This document shows, in pieces, positions 1-12,642 of a stretch of 64,000 nucleotides of DNA. Origin of the DNA: Camelus dromedarius. Its lineage: Eukaryota. Below the pieces are notes generated by a model, which was not told the DNA's origin, did no database searches, and saw only the letters and a list, made by a program, of their open reading frames with translations. The position numbers were made by a program, and so were the translations under genes. The stretch spans positions 92,258,001 to 92,322,000 of the forward strand of contig NC_087437.1 of NCBI RefSeq assembly GCF_036321535.1, in the 5' to 3' direction. Position 1 is the stretch's first letter. Each line of letters opens with the position of its first letter.

Positions 1-378
1 AATTTTCTACGAATAGGCAAAGCATCTTCCCAACTCAAGGTTGATGACCGTGCTCCCCCCTTTTCCACAAATGTTCTTCTTTCTATATTTAACTGGCATG
101 TCTCTAGCTTCCTGGGTCACTGTTCCAGTGTTCCTTACTGCCATCAAAAAGGGCACCTCTCTTATCATATTTTACCACCACATTCTGCTTTTCCCCCTTT
201 ATTGTGCTATTGAATACATAACATTAAATTTTGATTTATATTTTATTGTCTTTTTCACTACATTGTCACCCCCTGCGGGCAGGCTCTGTCCTTCTCTGTT
301 CTCCTATATTCAGAGTAGGTAGTACAGTGCTCACCCAAAAAGGCACTCAAGAAATCTGTGCTCAGTAAAGGAATAAAT
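1..378 (+). mobile_element. L2 LINE 3'-end fragment (old, diverged)
   Basis: Ends in an L2-type terminus: GGGCAGGCTCTGTCC...GTACAGTGCTCACCCAAAAAGGCACTCAAGAAATCTGTGCTCAGTAAAGGAATAAAT. The 5' boundary is uncertain. Confidence 0.55.
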
Positions 379-1044
379 CTCCTCATGGATAGCATTTGGC
401 ACATTGTATGTTCTTAAGAAATATTTATAGAGTATTGAATGCACTAAATTCATCGGCCACTTTCTGTGTCTGGGAAGCAGTCACAACCTTCGACTGCCGG
501 CCCCCACACTTTGTTTCAAAGAATAGAAGCATCTTATACTTGAGATCATCTTATCCAGCCCTCATTTATACTGTCCCAGGTCTGTCGCTATTATTGAATG
601 CAAATGTCCTTATTGAGCAATATCCGTGAGAAAAATGTATCCACCCTCGCCCAGCTCCTTTTAAAAAAATATGCTACTTATTGTTTCAAAATGATTTCAT
701 TTCTGGTTCATCTTATTCTGCACTGTCTTTTCTGAAGGTCAGACTGATCTCTTTTAGAAAATATTCTCAATCCCTGATATTGATACTTCTAAGAGGGTGG
801 CTCCATCTTAATATCAGCTCATGTGAATATCAGATGAGTGTGCATAAGCTTCTCCCACAGCAGAGTTTTGACATTAAGAAAATTAAAATATGCCTTAATC
901 ATAGAATGTTTCAACTGTTGTCTGACATTTTAAAGGATTTTCTCATGAATTTCAGAATAGATTACACTCCTGCCTGGATTGTTGGGTATAAAAAATAATC
1001 TAAGTGACTTAAACTTTATTTCTAATTTATAACAGATAAAGTGC

Positions 1045-1090
1045 AAGAGAAAGAGAGACAGAGATGGAGAGACAGAGAGACATAGAGAGA
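1045..1090. repeat. Imperfect (AG)n microsatellite
   Basis: AAGAGAAAGAGAGACAGAGATGGAGAGACAGAGAGACATAGAGAGA. Confidence 0.8.
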
Positions 1091-1408
1091 ATCTGAATGA
1101 AGGGGGGCTTTCTATATCTATGAATTTGTCTTTTTGCTTCACAGGGATCCAAGGATTTTTTCTATTATAAAATCATATATAGTTTCTTATAATTAACTTG
1201 AGTCCTGTAGGTATATAATAGACTTATTTTAATAGGAATATACTTAGCTTTTTGTAAGAGCTCCAAGGAGAAAAAAATTCAATTTTTTAAAAACTTCTAT
1301 ATGAAACTAGATATTTAATTATCCTTAGGGTATTCTTGTTTATGAGAGAAATAGTTCAAAATTTGCTAAACAAACTGAGGCTATTATATATTCATGTGGC
1401 AGTTTTAG

Positions 1409-1810
1409 GCAGCAACATGGATGGACCTATAGATGAAGAAAGTCAGAGAAAGACAAATAGCCTTAATATATTAATTATATGTGGGACCTAAAAAAAAGAT
1501 ACAAATGACTTATTTACAAAACAGAAATAGACTCACAGACATAGAAAACAAATAAGGCTGCCAAAGGGGAAAGGGAAGAGAGGGATAAATTGGACATTTG
1601 GGATTAACTTTATATAAATTAGGTAAACAACAAGGATCTATTGTACAGCATAGGGAACTATATTCAATATCTTGTAATAGCCTATAGTGTTAATGAAAAA
1701 GAATGGAAAATAATCTGAAAAAGAATACATACATATGCATGTGTACATATATATATATATATATATGTACACACAATTTTGTAAATCAACTATAGGTCAA
1801 TAAAAATAAA
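1409..1810 (+). mobile_element. L1 3' UTR fragment, 5'-truncated (artiodactyl/camelid type)
   Basis: GCAGCAACATGGATGGACC...TTATTTACAAAACAGAAATAGACTCACAGACATAGAAAACAAA...GGGAACTATATTCAATATCTTGTAAT...CAATAAAAATAAA. Visibly homologous to the L1 copy at 33876-34280. Confidence 0.9.
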
Positions 1811-1938
1811 TTTTTAAAAGTAGCATAATTAATAAGAAGAGTCTTTTTTCAGAATATATAATATTTATAAAATAAATTTTTAAAAGTAGCATAATTAAAA
1901 AGAAGAGTCTTTTTTCAGAATATATCATTTATAAAATA
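1803..1938. repeat. Tandem duplication, 66-bp period, 2 copies
   Basis: AAAATAAATTTTTAAAAGTAGCATAATTAA(T/A)AAGAAGAGTCTTTTTTCAGAATATAT occurs twice; T1807 aligns to T1873. Confidence 0.95.
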
Positions 1939-2244
1939 ATTTTTTTCTCTTAACACAATTTTTATAGTATCTGATAAAAATATTAAAATGTTTTCTCATA
2001 TGATGAAAAATTTAATAGATGAGATTTCCTTGAAAATATTTATCTACTTCTGTCTAACTACATCAAAAGAAATTTGTCAAATATCTACCTATGTAATACC
2101 ATGAACCTAACCAAAAAGTGAAATCCTGGTTATACTTAATTTCTGAATTTCTGACATCTAAATAGTTTTATATGTCCTAAGCATCTAGAACATTATTTTG
2201 CTCCCTTCCTTGGAAACTGTATGGCTGATGTGGGAAGAATCTGG

Positions 2245-2400
2245 TAGAATAATTAGGCAAAAAGACTTTGAAGTCAGACAAATGGAATTTAGATCTCTGA
2301 TCCCTGTATCACTTTTATTTTGGTTAAACCACAATCTTGGTTAAATCTAATTTTCCTCCTCTCCAATAAGTGAATTCATGCATCTGAACACGGCTATAGT
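2245..2400 (+). mobile_element. MIR SINE fragment
   Basis: AGACTTTGAAGTCAGACAAATGGAATTTAGATCTCTGATCC...TTTTCCTCCTCTCCAATAAG resembles the MIR core. Confidence 0.5.
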
Positions 2401-2459
2401 AAAAAGTGATGATACTGTGCTGACTGGTCTCTGCTTATATGCTCTTATATCCATTCTTA

Positions 2460-3710
2460 TGAACTTCAGTTAGGTCCCAATGCTGCCAGGCAATCATATT
2501 ACACTTCCCAATTATTTCACTCTTCTACCTTCCTAAATTACTATTTCATACTCTCTCCTCTCTCCTCAAACTTCCAATCTCCCTTACTCTAACCTCACTC
2601 TCAGTTAATTACTTTTCATCCTATTGTATTGGAAAAAAAGAAATAAAATAAGGATTTTACAAGCTATGTAAAGATTTTACAAGATATGTAGCCATATCTA
2701 TCCACCTGTCGATTTGTAAGTATGCACCCTATTTTAGATGAGCTGCCCATGTTAAGACCAATCCCTATATCTGTGCACTTGAACTCAATCTCTCTTGCTG
2801 ACTTAAGGGCATGATTTTAGCAATTCTTTTTTTTATCTCTTTTTACTTCAGAATTTCCCAGCCTAGGTACTCATTTCTATTAATAATGAAATATGCTATT
2901 TGTTCCCATCTTAAAACAATTTGGTCCAATTCCTTCTTCAACGAATGCCATAATTCATTTAATTCCTTTGGAGAAAAACACTGGGAAAAAGTTCTTTTTA
3001 TTCAGTCTACAGTTTGTCTCTTCCTTGTCTCTCCTAAACGTCCTCCAATAAGGTGTTCACTCCCAACCGCCCAGTTTTAATATTTGTTCAATGTTGTTAA
3101 AGGTTGTTTTTCAGGGTTCATCTTATGTGGCATATTAGCAATGATTCACATGATTAATCACTCTACCTTCCTCTGTTTTCCTTCTGTATTCTGGATATTC
3201 TCTGTCAGTTTCATTTACTGACCCTACATCATCTCCACATCCTCTAACTCTGGGAATGCCAAACAGCTCCATAGTTTTGTCTCCCCTTCACTGTCAACAC
3301 TCTAAGTAATAACACCTAACTTTACCCTTTTAAACATCACAGTTATAGATATATAGATATGTGACTATACAGGTAGATATGATATATGTATAAATGACAG
3401 ATACTTCTAAATTAATATCCCCAGAATAGACTGCTCCACTGAACTTGACACATTTATCCAACTGCCTATTTGACAGCTTCACTTGGATGTATAATAGAAA
3501 TCTCAATCTTAACACTTCGAAAATTGAGCTCTTGAAGTCCATGTCCTAACATGTTTCTCTTTCAGCCTTTTGCATCTTAGTTAATAGAAAATCCATTTCA
3601 TAGTTGTTTAGGCTAAAAACCTTGTTATATTCCTTCACATTCATTTTCTTTCATGGTGAACATCCACTCATTGGCAAATACTGTTGGCACCAGTTTCAAA
3701 ATATATTCAA
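2460..3710 (+). mobile_element. L2 LINE, 5' part (interrupted by the L1 at 3711)
   Basis: L2-like blocks: TATCCAACTGCCTATTTGACAGCTTCACTTGGATGTATAATAGAAATCTCAATCTTAACA...GTTGTTTAGGCTAAAAACCTTG...CAAAATATATTCAA. Confidence 0.8.
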
Positions 3711-5918
3711 TGCTAGAGCTCATCAAAGAATTCGGTAAAGTTTCAGGATACAAAATTAATACACATAAAACTATTGCATTTTTATACACTAATAATAAGC
3801 TATCAGAAAGAGAAATTTAGGAAATAATTTCATTTACCATTGCATCAAAAAGAAGATACCTAGGAGTAAACCTAACTAAGGAGATAAAAGATCTGTACTC
3901 AGAAAACTATAAGACACTAATGAAAGAAATTGAAGATGACACAGATGGAAAGATACACCATGTTCTTAGACTGGAAGAAGTAATATTGTTAAAATGACCA
4001 TACTACTCAAGACAATCTACAGATTTAATGCAGTCCATATCAAAATACCACTGGCACTTTTACAGAACTAGAACAAATAAGAACAAATAATTTAAAAATA
4101 CATATGAAAACACAAAAGACATTGAAGAGCCAAAACAATCTTGAGAAAGAAGAACACAGAGGAGTCATGCTCCTTGACTTCAGACTGCACTACAAAGCTA
4201 TAGTCATTAAAAGAGTATGGTGCTGGCACAAAAACAGACATGTAGATCAATGGAACAGAATACAGAGCCCAGAAGTAAACCTATGCACTTATGGTGAATT
4301 TAATCTATGACAAAGAATCCAAGAATATCCAATGAACAAAAGACAGTCTAATAAGTAGGCCTGGGAAAAATAGACAGCCATGTGTAAAAGAATAAAATTA
4401 GAACATTCTCTTACACCACATACAGAAATAAACACAAAATGGATTAAAGACCTAAATTTAAGACTGGAAACCATAAAACTCCACAAGGAAAACATAGGTG
4501 GGACACTCTTTGACCTAAATCATAGCAATATTTTTTGGGTCTGTCTCCTAAAGCAAAAGAAATAAAAGTAAAAATAAACTAATGGGACCTAGTTAAACAT
4601 AAAAGCTTTTGCACAGCAAACCATGGATAAAACAAAAAGACAACTTACTGAATGGAAGAAAGTATTTGCCAGTGATATGGCCAATGAGAGGTTAATATCC
4701 AAAATATATAAACAGCTTAGACAACTGAACATCAAAAAAACACAAACAACTTGATTAAAAAATGGGCAGAATTCCTAAATAGACATTTTTCCAAAGAGGA
4801 CATGAAAATGGCCAACAGGCACATGAAATAGTATTCAACATTGTTAATCATCAGGAAAATGAAAATCAAAACCACAATGACATATCTCACACCTGTCAGA
4901 ATAGCTATCATTAAAAAGAACACAAATAACAAATGTTGGTGAGAATGTGGAGAAAAAGGAACCTTTGTACAGTGTTGGCAGGAATGTAAATTGGTGCAGC
5001 CACTGTGGAAAACAGTATGGAGTTTTATCAAAAAAACAAAAAATAGAACTACTGTATGATCTAGCAATTCCACTCCTGGATGTATAGCTGAAAAAAACAG
5101 AAATACTAATTGGAATGATACACACATCCTAATGTTCAAAGAAGCATTATTTACAGTAACCAAAGTATGAAAGCAACCTAAGTGTCTGTCAACAGATGAG
5201 TTGATAAACAAGGTGCAATAGATAGATATAGATACAGATATATAATGGAATACTACCCCACCATAAGAAAGAATGAAATTTTTTTCATTTGCAACAACAT
5301 TGATGGACTTGGAGGGCATTATGCTGAGTGCAATATGTCATACAAAGAATGACAAATACTGTATGACATCACTTACATGCAGAATCTAAAAAAAATACAA
5401 TAAACTAATAACTATAACAAAAAAGAAACAGACTAACAGATATAGAGAGCAAAATAGTGGTTACCAGTAGAGAGAGAGGGAAGGGGCAACCTAGGGGGAG
5501 GGATTTAAGAGACACAAACAATTATGTATATAATATGCTACAAATATATATATTCAAGATTTGCAGATACTAACAAATATATATAAATAGATAAACACCA
5601 AGTTCATACTGTATAGCACAGAGAACTATATTCAATATCTTATAGTAACTTATGGTGAAAAAATATGAAAACAAATTTATGTATGTTCATGTATGACTGA
5701 AGCATTATGCTGTACACCAGAAATTGACACAACATTGTAAACTGACTATATTTCAATAAAATATATATACACAAGAAAGATACATTGTATAACACAGGGA
5801 ATATAGCCAATATTTTATAATATCTATAAATGGGGCATAACCTTTAAAATTGTGAATTACTGCACTGTACACCTGTAACTTACATAATTTTTTACATCAA
5901 CTATATTTCAATTAAAAA
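3711..5918 (+). mobile_element. 5'-truncated L1: C-terminal ORF2 remnant plus 3' UTR, non-coding
   Basis: ORF fragments 4104-4310 ([30 protein letters not shown]) and 4380-4565 (LTPHTEINTKWIKDLNLRLETIKL) match L1 ORF2p, with stops and frameshifts. Degenerate TSD AAAATATATTCAA (3698-3710) / AAAATATATATACCCAA (5915-5931). Confidence 0.95.
5553..5775 (+). mobile_element. Young L1 3'-end fragment nested in the older L1 3' UTR
   Basis: TTCAAGATTTGCAGATACTAAC...GCTGTACACCAGAAATTGACACAACATTGTAAACTGACTATATTTCAATAAA. Closely similar to copies at 33221-33452 (-) and 47303-47460. The host L1 resumes at about 5780. Confidence 0.9.
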
Positions 5919-5919
5919 T

Positions 5920-6878
5920 ATATATACCCAAGACAAACTCACTTCTCAGGATTCTTGCTGTTATCATCTTGGTCCAAGGCACTGTGATCTCACAATTCTG
6001 TTATTGAACAGGCCCCAGACAGGTCTCCCTGAATCTGCCTTGCCCCTGGGACATTCTATTCTCAACACTGAAGCCAGATGGAATTTTTAACAGCTTTTAT
6101 TGAAGCCTAATTTACACTTAAAAAACTATACATACTTAAAGTGTTCAATTTGATAAGATCTGGCATATGTGTACATCCACGGGACTATCAATCACACCAC
6201 AATCAACACACTACAATCAACATCAAATGTTTTCGATAATTTATGTGTAAAACATATATCATGTTCCTCACATGCTTTCCTCTTCACACAGAGTAAAAGT
6301 CAGGATACTTTGACCTGGGAGTACATTATCTGACTTGTCACTTCTAAGGGTTCATGTCCTGTCCTATGACTCTCTTCCTCCTTCACTCACCTCTAACAAA
6401 ATTGCCCACTATTCTTCCTCAAACATGTCCCATTCACTCGGAGCCTTTTTGCTTGCTGTCACTTCACCTAGAATGCTATTTTCCTACATCTTACAGAACT
6501 AGTCCCTCACTGCCCCCAGGTCTTTACTCAAAATTTACCTTCTTTAGTGATCCCTTCCAGAACCATCATATTAAAATTGAAACCCAATACACTTCCCCTA
6601 CTTCATGTTCCTGCTTGACACTTATCATCGTCTATATTACTATGTATTTGCTACACATATATTAACTTGACATAAATTTCTACTATATATTACTACTTCT
6701 AGATGCTATATAAATTATTATATATTTTACTCTTTTGTTTACTGTCAGTCCTCCCTCTAAAATGTGAGGTCCACAAAAACATGTATTTTGGTTTGTTTTG
6801 CTCCCTGTCCTTTTTGAAGTGTCCAGCATAGGGTGTGGTTCATAGTTAGTGCTCATTTAGTATTTGCTGAATAATTAA
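5920..6878 (+). mobile_element. L2 LINE, 3' part (continuation of 2460-3710)
   Basis: Resumes with CACTTCTCAGG...CTTGGTCCAAGGCACTGTGATCTC and ends ...CATAGTTAGTGCTCATTTAGTATTTGCTGAATAATTAA. Contains a short antisense old-L1 3'-end piece at about 6082-6240. Confidence 0.8.
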
Positions 6879-9800
6879 CAGAATAAAAACTTCCTTAGGT
6901 AAGTTATCTAGTGTTGAACATGCTTTCTTTATACATAATTAATATTGTGCTTATAATCTATTTTTTTATAAAATATTTTACTCTTCTGCTATCACTTTCC
7001 AGATAGCTGTTACACAGATTGCCAGGAATCATATTCTCAGATTTTATTTGTAACTCTCCCTGCCTACCTATGCTATAAGTGTCTCTCTCCTACTCTTTTT
7101 CTTTCTTCCTCTTTTCTTTTTATTTCATGCCCATCTGTGACTACTGTCCTAGATTTCTGACAAAACGAAGAGTAGAAGGAGGCATGAAGTTCTATAATGT
7201 CTTGTTTATAAAACAAACATCCTTATTATTGTTCCTATAATTCCCCCAAAGAATAGGGAAATAATCCCAAAGATTTCCTAAAGTAATGACTGTTTCATAA
7301 TTTTAACTGCATTATTTTCAAATAATTCACTTTTTGCAGTCAATTCAAAATTGCTAATATAATTTTAGAGCATTTTTGTAAAATTTCAAGATCTGATTTC
7401 CATGCTTTGCTTTGTATGTAGAGTTTTCCTGATTTCAAACAAACACTGTTACTCAGGACCTATTTTATAATATGCTCTAATTCTTCTCTTACAAATTAAA
7501 TACTAAATGTTTATTCTCTACTTTCTGTGAGCATTGGAAGATCCCATGACAGCAAGCTATCATTTGAAATTTTGGTCAAACTTGAAATTTTATCATTTAT
7601 CCCCAAACAGTATCTTAATTCCACCCTACCCATCACTGGAATGAGGTGTAGCTCAGCAGTAGAGATTATTTACCTCTCTTCCATATGTTGCTTCCGAGAA
7701 ACAGCAAGACTCATGACTAAGGCACTTGAAAAATGGTAGGGTCACTTTTCAAGATTCTTTTGTCCTTCTTTATTTTTAGATTATTTATTTATATATACTT
7801 AATTTCTTTATTTCCTTCTTTATTTTAGTTTTTTTTTTGTTTGCACTTATCATTTTAAAATTGGAGCTTTGCTATAAATTATTAGTGTTTTCAATAATCA
7901 GAGTCAGATAATTTGCTGAAAAATAATATTTCCTGCATAAAAAGGGAAAACTATATCTGAAATATTGAAATACTGGCATTTGATAATTGAGAGACTACAT
8001 GAGAGATTGTAAAGTTCTATATTCAAAAGGAAAGTATGCTATAAACAATGTGTCTAAGAGACTAGTTTAAATAAATATTGTGTATTTCATGCCATGATTT
8101 ATTTTGTATTTAAGTATATCACCTCATTTTCAATGAAAAATTTAGTAAAATGAGAATATCGTTATTATAGTATGTCTTTGTCAATTCCAACTGCAAGAAA
8201 GATGCACAAATAGAAGCATGGAAGAGACTATTGATGATGGATAAATGCAAATGGAATTCCAAAAGCCTCCTACAGTTAGGGAATCACAGGAAAACGTCTG
8301 CAGGGAATGTTGCCTTGTACTTACTTTTTCAGGGAAAAAAAAAAAGCTATAGATTTCTGGAATAAAAATACTTATATTTGATGTCTCTGTTTAAGTTTTT
8401 GGAGGAAAAAACCTTTGAAGCATTTTTTTTTTTTTATTCTGGGCCCCCCAAAGTTAATACTGTTAAGATGGTGTATGTCCTATTTAAGGATTATAATTTT
8501 TATTAAACATTTTCTCTCTCTGTTGTCTTGCTTAGAAATCCTCACTTTAACTACTCTCTTGCCTAAAATTAACATTGCTGTTTTGGCGCTTGTACCACAG
8601 CCATGGGTATATGTTCTATTTAATGCTTGTATCTTAAGTACACATAAACGCATACATAGCATGTAGCATTTACTTTAGAAATTAAAGAATACTGCATTTC
8701 TAGCAAACTGTCATCAAAAGATATAAAGATATATAAAATCATTATAGTAATACATTATGTATTTGAAATTAGCAGGAAACTAACCCCTTTTATCCTAAGT
8801 GGATATAAACGTTGTAAGAAAGAATTGATTAAATATGAGGTCCAGCTCCCTCCCACAGAAAAGGCAAGACTTTTCACTTTTTAAAAATGTGTTTTTATCC
8901 AATGCATACTTAGCACTTAACTGTGTGTCTAGCTCATCAGAAACACTCAATAAATATTTCAGACTAGATGAGTAAACTGAGAAGACTTGGAGCAATGAAA
9001 GCCTTGAAGCACTGAGAGGAAAACAAAGGACCCATAAAGAGAAGCTGGAGTGAATCAAACATAAACTACATTTAGCATCTAATTTTCACAAGGGTCAATT
9101 GTAAATACAAATCCATATATGCAAAAAAGAACTGATAGATAATGAGTAAATTCATGGATTTTCATGACTTAAACCAACCCACTCTCCGAACCCAGGGCCT
9201 GATGACAACAGCAGATCCCTTTAACCAAAGAGGTTGGACTGGGTGTAATGCATGAAAACACAAAATAAATAAAATAGGGAAATTTTAATTATGTATTATT
9301 TTCAGATATTTAAGGCTATTTATTCTTTACCACTACTGTTATACCTTTACCAGTGGAATTCACTTATTATTGACCTCTATTTTTAATCCTAAAATATATA
9401 AATTTTTTAATAAAAAACACTTTTGTGGAATGTCTATACCTCTTAATGATGGCTAAGATTAGGGTTTTGTTCTTCACAGTCAAAAACATAGTTTTTCTCG
9501 GTTTATTTATACTTCCTGTTCATTCATATTTGCACTATTGTATATTCCTATGCATGTGTATACATGTATGTGTGTATATCCCCAAAATCACAACTGACAT
9601 AGTCAAACAAGCTTCCATAAGCCAGCCAGAGACTCCGTATTTGTCACTTCATATGCAGCAAACCAGAGAAAGCCCTGCCTCTTTTCAGCAGTTGAAAAGA
9701 AATCCCCTCTGATTTGCTCAAAGCAGTAGCTTTAGAGGACAGAAACCTTTGGTAAGCTTTCAACACCATTACAAAATTAATAAGACTTCTCAGAGTTCTC

Positions 9801-12055
9801 TGACCACTTTATTCTTTGAATAGTTTGACTCAACTATGGCGTTTATATTAGAGCCAGCAAAATAAATATCATCGGAGGCAATAATCTTTCACTGGAGCCA
9901 AACTGAAAGTCAGTCGTTTGGGGAGATTGAATCTGTCATAATACTGAACTGCTTTCTTATCAACAAGACATTCCTTTTTTAATAGGAATAGAATCTTAAA
10001 AGGGATGGAAACAAATTAAATGAGGTTTATCAGTACTTCCTTCAAGATGTTATTGCACAGTCTTCATTTGGGGACAATTGCAAAAGAGGAAGCAAACAGA
10101 ATGTTGCGTCTGAAAGAGGTAATTAAGTCCTCGATTTGCCTACAATCATTTATTTGTAATGGTAGCAATTCCACATTTGATTAATAGCATGATCTCCTTC
10201 TGGTAATTAAACATTCTGCCAAATTTTCTAAAATTAAGATGTTAACAAAAAGCCACATAGCCTTCTAAAGCTTTAAGAATTTCTCAAGACTGAGGTTCTA
10301 ATAAAGGATTTCATAACTCTAATATAACTGTGCACGTCTAGAAAATAGCAAGATGACTGGAGTTTTCTATTTCACTGAAGTTGAGGGCTGATGTACATTT
10401 TTGTTACTCCATGTGACTTTTCCCTCTGACCACTACATCATGCAGCCCAGATATCAGAAGAAGTGGTCTTGATAATACCATTGGGTTGAAAAATGCTGGC
10501 AATATTAGCAGCATAGAAACATGTACGAAAATCTTACATTACAGTTGGCTTTAGACTTGGTGCTAACTTAGTTAGGCTCTATAGTGATTTTTAAACCATA
10601 TGGTTCCACAAAATCTTCCAGTATCATTAAGGAAGGTAATTTTGAAAAAGACATAAACATCTGATCTGATCCACCTTTGCAGTACAATGTTGAATGACAG
10701 GAAGAAAAAACAAGAACATGAAGGCTCAGAAAACAAAACCAGAATAAAAGAGTTAGAAGAGAGTGTATTGAATGAGCAAAGCAGGAGATGAAGCACACAT
10801 ACTCAAAAAAAAGGTAGAAAGGAAAAGAAAAAAAATCAAGGACACATGATGTAAAGGCATATTGTTCCCAGAACTGACTCATGTTCCTTTTTGAAAATAT
10901 AAGAACTATATATTTCCTACATCTGACCTATATTATCTGATTGTCCCTGCTATTTATAGATCCTATAGGATTTGTATTGACCACAAAGAGTCTCATTGGG
11001 TCTTCATGGATTCAGCCTAGAACTATTTATCTCAGCAGGTGCTAAATAAGTTACCTACCATCTAGTAAAATTGTTCAAAAAATAATTAATTGAAGAAAGA
11101 AACCACTGACATGGAAATTTTATTTGTAAAAATACTTTAAAAATAGTTACTATAAATTCAGGAATAAAAAAATTCTGTAGATATAGGTTTATTGTACATT
11201 AACAATTTTACTTTTCTTGTTTAAAGATTAAAAGGTAGACATTTAAATAGATCATCTAATAGACATCTATAAAGAGAAGTCTTTGCTTCAGTAAAAATCT
11301 AAATATGGAGGAACTGAAATGCATAGATTAAACCATTATTATAGGAAATAAAATTTCTTAAAATTTAATGCAAAGATTAATGCCTGATGACAAATATCAT
11401 TAATTCCAAATTAATGTTCCAAAATAACAATGGTTAATGTGGAACTGGGAAAGAAATGAGCTTGCCTTGCCAGTCATGATACTCCCTTCCCACCTCCTCT
11501 ATACAACTTCTGTTTGGTTAACTCTGATCTGTACTAGTAGAGAAATAGATTTCTGCAGAAAACATAATTGGTATATATTCTGGTAGGTATTTTTCACATC
11601 ATCAAAACTTCACCAAGAAATAAAGAGAAAATAGATATTGGGACTAGCCATTGAATTCACATATTTCCCTTCATCTACTTTAATATTTGAACTCCCCTTG
11701 CTTAAATCCATGGAAAACAAAGAGACTTCCAGAGACGCAAACATTATTTTCTTGATAGACAACTGAAGGTAAACCTAAGGAAATACTAGTATTGCCAAGC
11801 AGAAAGAGATCAAACAGTAAGGAAAATCTAGGCTTTATTAGTTTTTATTTTTTCTTTAAAAAAATTTAAATAAAAAAGTTGGAAGTGTTACAAAGAAATG
11901 TTTCTACTTGAGTCACTGGATAGTGAATTGTCAAGCTTATAAGCCATTCCCCTAAAATACATGTCTGCACTTTTTGCAAACAAGGACATTTTCCTACATA
12001 ACTATAAAACAATCATCAAAATCATGAAATTAGCAATGATATGTTATTAATACTA

Positions 12056-12120
12056 TTCATAATAGATATCTATTGCAACATTAGAAAGTCTTGAAACTTG
12101 ATGACCTGAAACAACAAATA

Positions 12121-12151
<31 letters not shown>

Positions 12152-12642
12152 AATTTGCAATTTCTGTGGGTCAGGAATCTGGCTTAGCTCTGTCTTCCAG
12201 CTGGGTCAAAATGTTGCAGCCAAGATATCCTCCTGGGCTATGGTCTCGTCTAAAGAATCAGCTGAGGAAGGACCTGCATTCAAGCTCACTCACATGGTTG
12301 TAGGCAAGATTCAAATGCTCATAGGTTGTTGAACTATGGCACTCAGTTCCCCACTGGCTCTTGGCCAGGCTTCCCTACATCCTTGCCATGTGAGCCTCTC
12401 CAAAGAGCAGTGACTCCATGGAGCCAACTTCCACCAAAATGAGAAAGAAAGATAGTAAGAGATGGTCTAAGATGAAAGTCCCATTCTCTTTGTAAACTAA
12501 TTTTGAGGAAGGTATCCTTTAGCTTTTGCCAGGTTATTTTTATTAGAAGTGAGTTTCTAGGTCTAGCTCACACTCAAACTAAGGGGATTAAACTAGCATG
12601 TGAATACTAGGATCAGGAGCATCTTAGAGGCTACTTACTATA
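12056..12642 (-). mobile_element. MaLR solo LTR (MLT1F-like)
   Basis: TTTCTGTGGGTCAGGAATCTGG...TTCAAGCTCACTCACATGGTTGTAGGCAAGATTCA...CCTTGCCATGTGAGCCTCTCCA...ATTAGAAGTGAGTTTCTAGGTCTAGCTCACACTCAA...CATCTTAGAGGCT. Confidence 0.85.

Noticed and set aside
4732..5319. 195-aa minus-strand ORF, the longest in the track
   Set aside because: It is antisense to L1 ORF2/3' UTR. Such hydrophobic antisense-L1 ORFs are common artefacts.
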